NCBI GenBank assembly: GCA_014382245.1
Contig: JACNKC010000077.1
Coordinates: 7,395-71,394, forward strand
Direction: 5' to 3'
Length of the DNA: 64,000 nucleotides
Origin: Pseudomonadota bacterium
GTDB lineage: Bacteria > Desulfobacterota > Binatia > UBA1149
This document shows positions 56,668 through 64,000 of this stretch, piece after piece. The position numbers and the translations under genes are program-made. Positions within the stretch are counted from its first letter, which is position 1. Every line of letters starts with the position of its first letter. The notes beneath the pieces were generated by a model that saw only the letters and a list, made by a program, of their open reading frames with translations, did no database searches and was not told the DNA's origin.

Positions 56668-58930
56668 AAAGGTTGTCGGTCGCCTGTTCGAGAGCCGGGG
56701 AATCGACAGGCAGGGTTATGGTAAAGGTCGTACCACTGCCCGGCGTGCTGTCGACAGCGACCGAGCCACCGTGATTGAGTACCAGCTGCCTGGCGATGGC
56801 GAGTCCGAGCCCGGTGCCCTCTGTCCTGGTAGTAAAAAACGGTTCGAAGGCCTGTTCGACCTGCTCTTCGCTCATGCCGCAGCCATCGTCAGAGATCGTA
56901 AGCGTGGCTGCGTCGGATCCGTTGATCCAACCCCGCCCGGTGCTCACCGTGACACAGCCCTTGCTCCTGCCTTCGCAAGCCTGGATCGCGTTGTGAACTA
57001 TGTTGACGAGGACCTGGTTGATCTTATCCTCGTCGGCGATAACGGGAGGAACCGACGCGTCGGTTTCGATACTCAGCGATACTCCGCTCTTTCGCGCGTG
57101 GCTGTCCAGCAGCGTCGCCACCCGTTCGACCAGCTCGTCGAGGTTCAGCGGGTTTCGTTCGTGCGTGGCCGGGCGCGCAAAAGTAAGAAGCTCGTTAACC
57201 AGGGCAGTTATCCGATCGACCTCGGACAAGGTCAGGTCAAGAAAGGATTCCCGGTACTCTTCGTCGAGGTAACGTTCGGGTAATAGCTGCGTAAAGGTTC
57301 TTATCGAAACCAGCGGGTTGCGAATTTCGTGCGCAAGCACGGCTGCCATGGTGCCGATGGTGGCCAAACGCTCGGAGTGTTGCAACACCTCGTTGCTGCG
57401 CGACAGCGCTTCGTTCAAGCGGACGCTGAGAACGGCCACGGCCAGTTGCCCGGCCAGGGCATCGAGCAGCTCCAGGTCGTGGCGAGAAAATATCCGCGCG
57501 TCGCGTCGCGGACCGAGCAGCATCAAGCCCACGAACTGTTCCCGCGCGACCAGTGGCACCACCACGTCGCTCTCGTAGCGCTCCATTTCGAGGCAACCCT
57601 GCGCGGCCAGCGAAAGCGGCGCGGCGGCCTGTTCGGCTTCTTCGCGCACAGTCGGGGCGCGCAATGACAACGCCCAACCTGCCACCGGGTTGCCGGTTTC
57701 CAACTCCTCGGGCCAGTGTCCCCCGTGAGGCCGGGCCCCGTGGAGGACGTAGTGACCCTTGCCTTTCTCCAGGTAGATCGCGCAGGAAGCCACGCCGTGC
57801 CGCGACGCCAGGGTGCGGGCAACCCGCGACACCATCTCATCGGTGTCGCGAAGCAGGCAAAGCTCCCGGCTCAACTCCAAGACAGCGTCGCGATGCCCGC
57901 GACCATCTTCGAGCAGCGATTCCTCTATACGACTGCCGGCACGTTGCGAGAGGCGGGGGTAGAGGAGAATGCCGCCCACCAGCAGTCCACACGCGAGCAG
58001 CGAGAAGCGGGGTGATACCTGCCCGAAGCTTGCCTCCTGGCCCAGGGCGAGCAGCACCCAGCAAACAGAGCCCACCGCGGCCAGCACCGCCGAGTTGGCA
58101 AGAGTTCGCGCGAGGGCCTGGTCGAGGTCCATCAAGCGGTGGCGAAAAAATGCAAACGACATCAACCACGCCAGGGCGATGCTGCCCGTAGACCCCACGA
58201 GATAGCCGGAAGCCCAGGACGCGGTCCAGTCTGCCGGCGCTGAAAAACGCAAAAAGCCATGCGCAGCACAAACCCAGGCCAGGCCCGCTCCCAGGCGCAG
58301 GTAGCGGGCCTGGTTGCGCTTGAGACCCACGTTTTCACCAGCGGCAGTATGCAGCGAGAGAAACAACACGGCGACCACCAGCATCACGTAGACGGGAACC
58401 AGGCCGCCCATGGGCCCGGCCACCAGGGTCCAGCGAACTTCACCGCTGCCGGCGGTCACCGCCTGTACACCTCCCACGGTGGCCGCGGCGTAGGTACAGG
58501 CCACCAGGGCGACTGCCCCCGCGTAAGCAGCCCTGAGAGTCGGTTTTTCGGGCGTACCGAAGAGCAGCCGTACCGTGTGGAGGAAAAGCAGCGGCGCCAG
58601 TATCGTTCCAAGCAGGAGCTGTTCCGACCAGGCCCTGGCAGCGAGTTCAGAAAGTGGCCGCGTAAGGGCAAAGGCAGCTACGTTGGCGATCACCATTGCC
58701 AGGCAGAAGGCAAAGAAAAGCTGGTGAAGAAGCCGACCGGGCCGACGCGCGAATACAAGCACGCCCAGGAACAGGTGGAATGCCGCCGCTGCAAGGGGGA
58801 GTGCGCTGACCGCGGTCACCCGCGTTCCTCCCTGCTCGCGACCAATGCCGCTGTTGCATTCAGCTTTACGCCCACCCAGACCCCTCAGCGGCTTACCGAC
58901 CAGCCTGTCGGCAACACCCAGCGGCCCCAA
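56642..58930 (-). CDS. sensor histidine kinase (polytopic membrane sensor + GAF + HisKA + HATPase_c)
   Basis: About 7 N-terminal TM helices and a GAF-like region. H-box MAAVLAHEIRNPL. N/G boxes ...HNAIQA...DDGCGM...GTGLGLAIARQLV...GSGTTFTITLP. The start is possibly downstream of 58930. Confidence 0.85.
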   Translation of the reverse strand: MGPLGVADRLVGKPLRGLGGRKAECNSGIGREQGGTRVTAVSALPLAAAAFHLFLGVLVFARRPGRLLHQLFFAFCLAMVIANVAAFALTRPLSELAARAWSEQLLLGTILAPLLFLHTVRLLFGTPEKPTLRAAYAGAVALVACTYAAATVGGVQAVTAGSGEVRWTLVAGPMGGLVPVYVMLVVAVLFLSLHTAAGENVGLKRNQARYLRLGAGLAWVCAAHGFLRFSAPADWTASWASGYLVGSTGSIALAWLMSFAFFRHRLMDLDQALARTLANSAVLAAVGSVCWVLLALGQEASFGQVSPRFSLLACGLLVGGILLYPRLSQRAGSRIEESLLEDGRGHRDAVLELSRELCLLRDTDEMVSRVARTLASRHGVASCAIYLEKGKGHYVLHGARPHGGHWPEELETGNPVAGWALSLRAPTVREEAEQAAAPLSLAAQGCLEMERYESDVVVPLVAREQFVGLMLLGPRRDARIFSRHDLELLDALAGQLAVAVLSVRLNEALSRSNEVLQHSERLATIGTMAAVLAHEIRNPLVSIRTFTQLLPERYLDEEYRESFLDLTLSEVDRITALVNELLTFARPATHERNPLNLDELVERVATLLDSHARKSGVSLSIETDASVPPVIADEDKINQVLVNIVHNAIQACEGRSKGCVTVSTGRGWINGSDAATLTISDDGCGMSEEQVEQAFEPFFTTRTEGTGLGLAIARQLVLNHGGSVAVDSTPGSGTTFTITLPVDSPALEQATDNLYAEGLIHA

Positions 58931-59059
58931 GACGCCGCCCTAGAGACAAGATACAGTCCAAAGCTGTACACGGCAATAGCGCCGCGAGAGTAAGACACCG
59001 TTCAGGTGTTGTTTTTTGTGGACATTCGCGGGGTCGAGCCTACAACTATCGACCGCACA

Positions 59060-59389
59060 CTAACGAACAGGCACCAACCAGCGGCGAAGCAACGCCGCCG
59101 AGGAGAGCAGTAGCCCAAGGAGCACGAATAACTTGCCGCCACTGGCGACCACCCTGTACTGTTCGCGCTTGCCCAGGGCGTTTTCGTAGACGGCGTCGCT
59201 TTCATCCGAATCGTGTAGAAGCGAAGCGGTGTCGGTAGCAGTGACCCGTACTGCCTGGTTGAGCGTCCGTACCGCGGTAATGTCATCGCCGTACTGGGAG
59301 ACCTTGGAAAGACCCATCCACCAGTTGCCCGCTCCGAGGAGGAGAAGCGCGACGCCCAGCGCCAGTACCCGGGATGACCTGCGTTGCAC
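59060..59389 (-). CDS. small two-TM membrane protein (hypothetical)
   Basis: A 109-aa ORF with two hydrophobic segments (ALGVALLLLGAGNWW; LFVLLGLLLSSAALL). No recognisable family. Confidence 0.35.
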   Translation of the reverse strand: MQRRSSRVLALGVALLLLGAGNWWMGLSKVSQYGDDITAVRTLNQAVRVTATDTASLLHDSDESDAVYENALGKREQYRVVASGGKLFVLLGLLLSSAALLRRWLVPVR

Positions 59390-59402
59390 AGGGTAATATT
59401 AG

Positions 59403-59414
59403 CCTCTCGAGAGG
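59403..59414. promoter_or_regulatory. perfect 12-bp palindrome CCTCTCGAGAGG in the divergent intergenic region upstream of lipB
   Basis: The sequence is its own reverse complement. It sits between the divergent starts at 59389 (reverse) and 59486 (forward). Confidence 0.3.
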
Positions 59415-59485
59415 GTTTATACCAAGGCCCGGACCGGCGAACAGCCGCGCTTGAGAGCCAGAAACGGGCGGGCTAGGTTTGGACG

Positions 59486-60154
59486 GTGAAATCAAACAAA
59501 AATGGCTGCCGTGAGCAGGATTGGGGGAGGCTCGACTACGCAGCTGCCATGAAGCGACAGCGCGCGCTCGCCAGTCTCCGTGCGGCAGGCAGATGTCGCG
59601 ACACCATCGTCAGGGTCGCGCATCCGCCAACGATCACCCTGGGTCGACACGCCCCCCTGGACGACCTGCTGCTGGACAGCAAACAGCTGCAATCGAGGGG
59701 TATAGCGCTGCAGCGCAGCGACCGCGGCGGCAGGGCCACCTGGCACGGCCCGGGGCAGGCCGTGGTCTACCCCGTGGTGTCCCTGTCCGAGTTGCAGATG
59801 GGTGTAGCCGCCTGGGTGTGCCTGCTCGAGTCGGCGGTCATAGAAGTGCTGCAAGGCTACGGCGTAGACGCTGAGCGCCGAGGAGGTTCGCCGGGCATAT
59901 GGACCCAGCTGGGCAAAATTGCGTCGCTGGGCCTCAGGGTGAGCAGGGGCGTAAGTTACCATGGCGTGGCACTCAACGTCGGCTTGGATGTCAGTGGATT
60001 TGAGGTTATTGTCACCTGCGGCGTTGAAGGCGAGCGGGTGACCAGCCTCGAAGCTCACGGCGCTTCGGCCCTTGAACCCGCCGTTGTATCGCGGCAACTG
60101 AGCGCCGCTGTTTCGACCCGATTACACGGCTCGGCTCCATATGAAAAAGAATGA
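59486..60154 (+). CDS. lipB: lipoyl(octanoyl) transferase
   Basis: ...RVAHPPTITLGR... with RGG..TWHGPGQ catalytic motifs and ...KIASLGLRVSRGVSYHG..., matching the BPL/LPL catalytic domain. GTG start at 59486. Confidence 0.85.
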   Translation: MKSNKNGCREQDWGRLDYAAAMKRQRALASLRAAGRCRDTIVRVAHPPTITLGRHAPLDDLLLDSKQLQSRGIALQRSDRGGRATWHGPGQAVVYPVVSLSELQMGVAAWVCLLESAVIEVLQGYGVDAERRGGSPGIWTQLGKIASLGLRVSRGVSYHGVALNVGLDVSGFEVIVTCGVEGERVTSLEAHGASALEPAVVSRQLSAAVSTRLHGSAPYEKE

Positions 60155-61136
60155 ACGCGACGGCCAGTCTCTCACCAGCGCCATGCTCGAAGGCGACAGG
60201 GTTGCCCTTGCGCGCCTGATAACAGCGGTCGAAAACCGCGGCAGCGACACGGCCGCTATAATGTCGAGGGTCTACGCGCGCTGCGGCGACACCTTCATCA
60301 TAGGAATCACGGGTCCGCCGGGCGCGGGTAAATCAACCATCACCAGCTGCCTGGTCCAACACCTGAGGGCGAAAGACCAGTCGGTCGGGGTAGTTGCAAT
60401 TGACCCGTCGAGCCCTTTTTCCGGCGGCTCGGTACTGGGCGACCGCATTCGCATGCAGGATCACTTTCTTGACCCCGAGGTGTTCATCCGCAGCCTTTCC
60501 ACGCGCGGTAGCCACGGTGGACTGGCGAGGGCCGGCCGAGACGTCGCACGTATCTTCGGCGCCTATGGCAAGGACGTGGTCATTATCGAAACCGTCGGGG
60601 TAGGCCAGACCGAACTCGACATCATGGAAGTAGCCGACACGGTGGCCGTCGTGCTCGTGCCCGAGTCAGGGGACACCGTGCAGGTCATGAAAGCCGGCCT
60701 GCTCGAAATCGCCGACCTTTTCGTGGTCAACAAGGCGGATCGTGAAGGCGCGGTGCGCATGAAAACCGAACTGCAGACCATGCTCTCGCTGAGAGCCGGA
60801 AACGGCGGGGAAAACTCCTGGGAAGTTCCGGTTCTGCTCACCGAAGCCCACAACGGCAAGGGAACAGAGGAAATCCTCAACGGCTGCCTGGCCCATCATG
60901 AACGCCCCGGAGACGAGGAGCGGAGCCGCAATCGCGGAGAACGCCTGCGTGAAGAAGTAATTGAGATCTGCACCGAGGAACTGGTCAGGCGTCTCCACGA
61001 ACGCAGCGATGATGCGCCTCTGGCGCCGGTACTCGAGCGCGTGGCCAGTGGAGAGCAGGACCCCTACGCCGCGGCCCTGGAAATTATCAACGACGATGGC
61101 AGTCTCGCCCGGGTGCTGTCGGGGGGAGACGAGTAG
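60141..61136 (+). CDS. meaB: methylmalonyl-CoA mutase-associated GTPase MeaB/ArgK
   Basis: P-loop GITGPPGAGKST, plus ...DPSSPFSGGSVLGDRIRM... and ...NKADR..., belonging to the G3E family. Confidence 0.88.
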   Translation: MKKNERDGQSLTSAMLEGDRVALARLITAVENRGSDTAAIMSRVYARCGDTFIIGITGPPGAGKSTITSCLVQHLRAKDQSVGVVAIDPSSPFSGGSVLGDRIRMQDHFLDPEVFIRSLSTRGSHGGLARAGRDVARIFGAYGKDVVIIETVGVGQTELDIMEVADTVAVVLVPESGDTVQVMKAGLLEIADLFVVNKADREGAVRMKTELQTMLSLRAGNGGENSWEVPVLLTEAHNGKGTEEILNGCLAHHERPGDEERSRNRGERLREEVIEICTEELVRRLHERSDDAPLAPVLERVASGEQDPYAAALEIINDDGSLARVLSGGDE

Positions 61137-61189
61137 GGTCAAGGCTGCTTGACTTCGGAACAGCCCATTTTCATCCTGCACGATTCAGT

Positions 61190-61266
61190 GGCGAGGTAGC
61201 TCAGGCGGTTAGAGCGAGGGTCTCATAATCCCTAGGTCGTGAGTTCGAGTCTCACCTTCGCCACCA
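61190..61266 (+). tRNA. tRNA with CAT anticodon (elongator Met, or Ile2 read via lysidine)
   Basis: Acceptor GGCGAGG / CTTCGCC, then A, then CCA. D-arm GCTCAGGCGGTTAGAGC. Anticodon loop CTCATAA. T-arm GTGAGTTCGAGTCTCAC. It lacks the initiator features (C1:A72 and the three G:C pairs adjacent to the loop). Confidence 0.78.
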
Positions 61267-61349
61267 TTTTTTCCTTCAAGTACGAATACTTGGGGCAGTG
61301 TCTCTGGCCCGCTGCCGATTATGGGGTGATGGCTCGCCGCGAGGAAACG

Positions 61350-62828
61350 TCAGTCCCGGCCGAAGGCACTGTCGTTGAGGTCAACGGCGATTTCCCAGGC
61401 CGTGTCGCCCAGGCAGTCAGTGTCCAGCGGATCCGTGACCAGGCAGTAGCCCAGGCCCGTCTGGTCGTCACAGCGCGCAGGCTCAGCGTTAACCCTGGCC
61501 CTTAGCTTGTCGGTACTTGCAGCCGTGTCAGCCAGGCAATCGGTTTCCAGGCCGGCGGCGAGGGCCTTGACCTCGCAGCGCGACAGCAGCCTGGCCATAC
61601 GGGTGACCGCACGGGCGACTTTTCGCGCCAACAACTGCTGGCAGCGGCTCGCAGAATCAGTGCCTGCCAGGACGGCGGGCAGGTCGGGCGGGCTATCGCC
61701 GATGACGCCGGATAGAAAATCTCCGGTGAACACATCCTGGCGACAACGCTGGCAATCAGCCGAGTCTGACATCGTCGCCAACTCAATATCTTCGCAGGGC
61801 GAAGCGCACGTAGCTTGCCAGTTCATAGAGTAGGGGGTCAGCCCCTTGCCGGCACAGGTCCTATCGTCGCTACCACCGATCCGCTTGTCCAGGCGAAGGT
61901 CTGCTCTCGCAACGCCGAGGTCACGCGCGCCCGAGTCGCAGGCCAGCCCGTCAACCTCGTCGGTGTAACACTCACTCCATTCCTTGATTACGTTCTTCGA
62001 GTATCTGAAAAATGATCTCGCCGTACGTGCCTGGCAGGACACCCGTTGATCGATGGGTGCCAGGTCTCTCACCGTCGCCAGTACCAGCACCTGTATAGAA
62101 ACCACGGGCTCGTCGGGGTCGTTGCTGCTGACTTCAAGATCAACGAACTGGAATACGTCTGAAAGCGGAATGAAGTCCAGCTGCAGATCCACCGATTCGC
62201 CCACCTGGACGTCAAACGGCAGGCCCGGTCCGCTCACAACCAGGTCGGCCGGGCCTCCCGGCGCGAGGCCGTAACCAGACACCGTCAGGGCCTGGCTGGA
62301 GCCATTGTTGTATACCGTCAGCACCGCGGAACTGCTGTCGCCCACCTCGGCCGACATGCTGATAGAAACTGGCGACAAGCGAATGTCTAGCGGCTCAAGG
62401 CAAGTGGCCACCATGGGTGTTATCCACTGGTCATAGCCGCTGGGCGCGTCGAGAGCTGTAAAGTAATCAGCGCAGGAGTATCCGGGCAGGGTCTCCCAGG
62501 TCAGTAGTTCGTCGAGATTGCTGAACCCATCCCCATCGCTGTCTATCGCCTCGACGTCATCCAGCGACTGCTCGATGCTCTTGCCCAGGTAGAGGTGCTG
62601 CTGAACTGAAGCTCCATATAGATTGCGAGCGCCGGTTCCTGCCCACTTTAAATGGCAAACCCCACAGGCGTCGAGCTTAGATTCATCGGCGATGGAATAC
62701 CGGGCCTTGAGAGTCTCAAAGTAGGTAGGCCTGGCCTCAACGCCGCCGACACTGGCCAGCAGGAAAGCTCCAGCCGCCGCAAGCATAGCGACTTTTCCCG
62801 CCAGTAATCTTTTGCATAGCGCGATCAT
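61350..62828 (-). CDS. secreted cysteine-rich protein, paralog A (unknown function)
   Basis: Signal peptide MIALCKRLLAGKVAMLAAAGAFLLASVGG. A single CGVCH motif. A Ca-binding-like DSDGDGFSNLDEL motif. A C-terminal Cys-rich module (…ADCQRCRQD…) is shared with the upstream paralog. Confidence 0.55.
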   Translation of the reverse strand: MIALCKRLLAGKVAMLAAAGAFLLASVGGVEARPTYFETLKARYSIADESKLDACGVCHLKWAGTGARNLYGASVQQHLYLGKSIEQSLDDVEAIDSDGDGFSNLDELLTWETLPGYSCADYFTALDAPSGYDQWITPMVATCLEPLDIRLSPVSISMSAEVGDSSSAVLTVYNNGSSQALTVSGYGLAPGGPADLVVSGPGLPFDVQVGESVDLQLDFIPLSDVFQFVDLEVSSNDPDEPVVSIQVLVLATVRDLAPIDQRVSCQARTARSFFRYSKNVIKEWSECYTDEVDGLACDSGARDLGVARADLRLDKRIGGSDDRTCAGKGLTPYSMNWQATCASPCEDIELATMSDSADCQRCRQDVFTGDFLSGVIGDSPPDLPAVLAGTDSASRCQQLLARKVARAVTRMARLLSRCEVKALAAGLETDCLADTAASTDKLRARVNAEPARCDDQTGLGYCLVTDPLDTDCLGDTAWEIAVDLNDSAFGRD

Positions 62829-62829
62829 G

Positions 62830-64000
62830 TCAGGGCCTCAGCTCCGCAAATGACGGAGAAACCATCGCCGGCGCCAGGTCCGAGACCGCGGTTTCAACAC
62901 AGGCCGCCGCCGCTGCTGCGTCGTTGCCCTCGGCGCAGCCTGGTAGCACACCCGTGTCATCACAGCGCTTGACGATCTTGCGCGCCGATTTTTCAATCGC
63001 CCGGGCTATGCGTCCCTCCGGGTCGGTGTTGCAGTCGAGCGGGCCTCCGCCCGGGTTCTTGAGCTTTTTCTTTTCACAGCGCGCGAGCTCTTTGGTCCAA
63101 CGCCGGGACAATGACGCCGAAGCTGAAGCCAGCGCCCGCTGGCAGACGTCGGGTACACCCGGTCCGCTCGCAGCGGGGAGCGAGGGCGGTATCACGCCGT
63201 AAGCCGATTCCATGGTCGCGCCAACGAGTTGGTCGGCCAGGCAGCGATTGCAGTCGGCAAGGTCACTAGCGTCGAACAGCAACTCGCCGGCACAGGGAGC
63301 AGGACACCAGCCGGGGTGCCCGAGCGAGGCCGGGGTTAATCCCGCTCCTGCGCAGAACCTGTCGCCGGCGCCGCCCAGCTTGGATTCCAGCCTGTCCCTT
63401 GCCGTGGCCACCTTGGCCGAGAGCAAGGCCCCATCGCAAGTCAGACCACCGGCTTCGAGATAGAAACACTTGCGCCATTGTCGCAAAACGTTCTTGAAAT
63501 AACGCGAGCCGGCCTTCCACGAATTCAACGAACAACCTGCGAGTTTATCCTCGTCGGTCTCTACCACGACCCGCGCCATCTCTACCGGCAGGGATCGATT
63601 GTAGGTGTTCCAGAGGTCGTAAAGTATCGGTCCGGCTGCGTTGGTTACGTTTTCGTCACGCAGAAACTCTATGTATTCACGCGTCGCGGTCTGGTAGAAA
63701 AGCGACACCTCGGCCTTCACTGCGCCTGCACCCACGGGGTAGACTATGTCTTCCCAGTACTGCCCCTCGGGATAGTCATCGGGCACCGGCGTGGCATCCA
63801 CCGCGTCGTACTGGGCCTTGACCCAGCCCCTGGGTGGAATGCGATTGTCGTGCTCCCTCACGTTAGCCAGGGCGAGGTGCTGGGTGGGACCAGGCACAAT
63901 TCCCAGCAGGGCGGCAAGCGCCGGGGAGGTGCCGTGCAGGGCTTCCCATGTGTGCAATGAAGCGTCGTAGTCTGGGTCGCCCAGCTCCGCGTGAACACCC
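62830..64000 (-). CDS. cysteine-rich protein, paralog B (5' end beyond the window)
   Basis: The frame is open to the window edge. The C-terminal module (...RYFKNVLRQWRKCFYLEAGG...ADCNRCLADQ...) is collinear with paralog A. The stop lies 1 nt before the paralog A start. Confidence 0.5.
   Translation of the reverse strand, partial: GVHAELGDPDYDASLHTWEALHGTSPALAALLGIVPGPTQHLALANVREHDNRIPPRGWVKAQYDAVDATPVPDDYPEGQYWEDIVYPVGAGAVKAEVSLFYQTATREYIEFLRDENVTNAAGPILYDLWNTYNRSLPVEMARVVVETDEDKLAGCSLNSWKAGSRYFKNVLRQWRKCFYLEAGGLTCDGALLSAKVATARDRLESKLGGAGDRFCAGAGLTPASLGHPGWCPAPCAGELLFDASDLADCNRCLADQLVGATMESAYGVIPPSLPAASGPGVPDVCQRALASASASLSRRWTKELARCEKKKLKNPGGGPLDCNTDPEGRIARAIEKSARKIVKRCDDTGVLPGCAEGNDAAAAAACVETAVSDLAPAMVSPSFAELRP

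Noticed and set aside
61399-61413. The CGVCH motif as evidence that the Cys-rich protein is a c-type cytochrome
   Set aside because: There is only one CxxCH in about 490 aa and no other cytochrome c features. The paralog lacks the motif, so I kept the protein as function unknown.
1-64000. CRISPR arrays, rRNA genes, prophage or defense-system gene sets
   Set aside because: No spaced direct-repeat arrays were seen. No rRNA-like conserved segments. No nuclease/helicase/methylase clusters typical of defense islands.

Overview
This is a high-GC (~62-65%) bacterial chromosomal window, Gram-negative/proteobacterial in character (DUF1329 protein, sigma-54 regulators, split purS/Q/L, split cofG/cofH). 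It is densely coding on both strands, with frequent translational-coupling overlaps of the ATGA/GTGA/TTGA type. Many six-frame ORFs are antisense artifacts typical of high-GC DNA.

Housekeeping content, in order:
- rpsO 3' end, then pnp, an M16 peptidase and dut.
- A de novo purine operon: purB-purC-purS-purQ-purL-purF.
- nadB (reverse), pgsA and tRNA-Gly(GCC).
- Further on: metH, ahcY, bioB, lipB and meaB.
- tRNA-Cys, tRNA-Leu(TAA) and tRNA-Met(CAT).

Accessory content:
- A TetR regulator followed by a large secreted FG-GAP protein.
- A CaiB-type CoA-transferase, a methyltransferase and a DUF1329 protein.
- A hydantoinase B/A pair, divergent from a second TetR.
- An oxidative cluster headed by that TetR (detailed under the main finding below).
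- A decayed mobile-element patch after tRNA-Leu: an IS3 OrfA fragment, a truncated gluconolactonase and an IS1182-type transposase stub.
- A coenzyme F420 biosynthesis cluster, cofG-cofH-cofD-cofE, with a Ddn-like F420H2-dependent reductase elsewhere in the window.
- A three-gene regulatory module next to the F420 cluster: a sensor kinase, a degenerate EBP/kinase hybrid and an NtrC-type response regulator.
- Two tandem Cys-rich secreted paralogs at the window end.

The most notable feature is a bacterial iodothyronine-deiodinase-like selenoprotein at 46036-46785 (minus strand). Its in-frame TGA falls exactly at the deiodinase catalytic position (FGSYT-U-PPF), and a SECIS-like hairpin starts about 10 nt downstream. 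It is tightly packed in a reverse-strand operon (bioB - DIO-like - PhyH dioxygenase - APH-like kinase), convergent with a TetR-headed oxidative cluster: two Rieske oxygenases, an ACMSD/LigW-like amidohydrolase, a P450, and a ferredoxin fused to a DUF1254/DUF1214 protein. I read this as a candidate, undescribed catabolic island for halogenated or hydroxylated aromatics or lipids.
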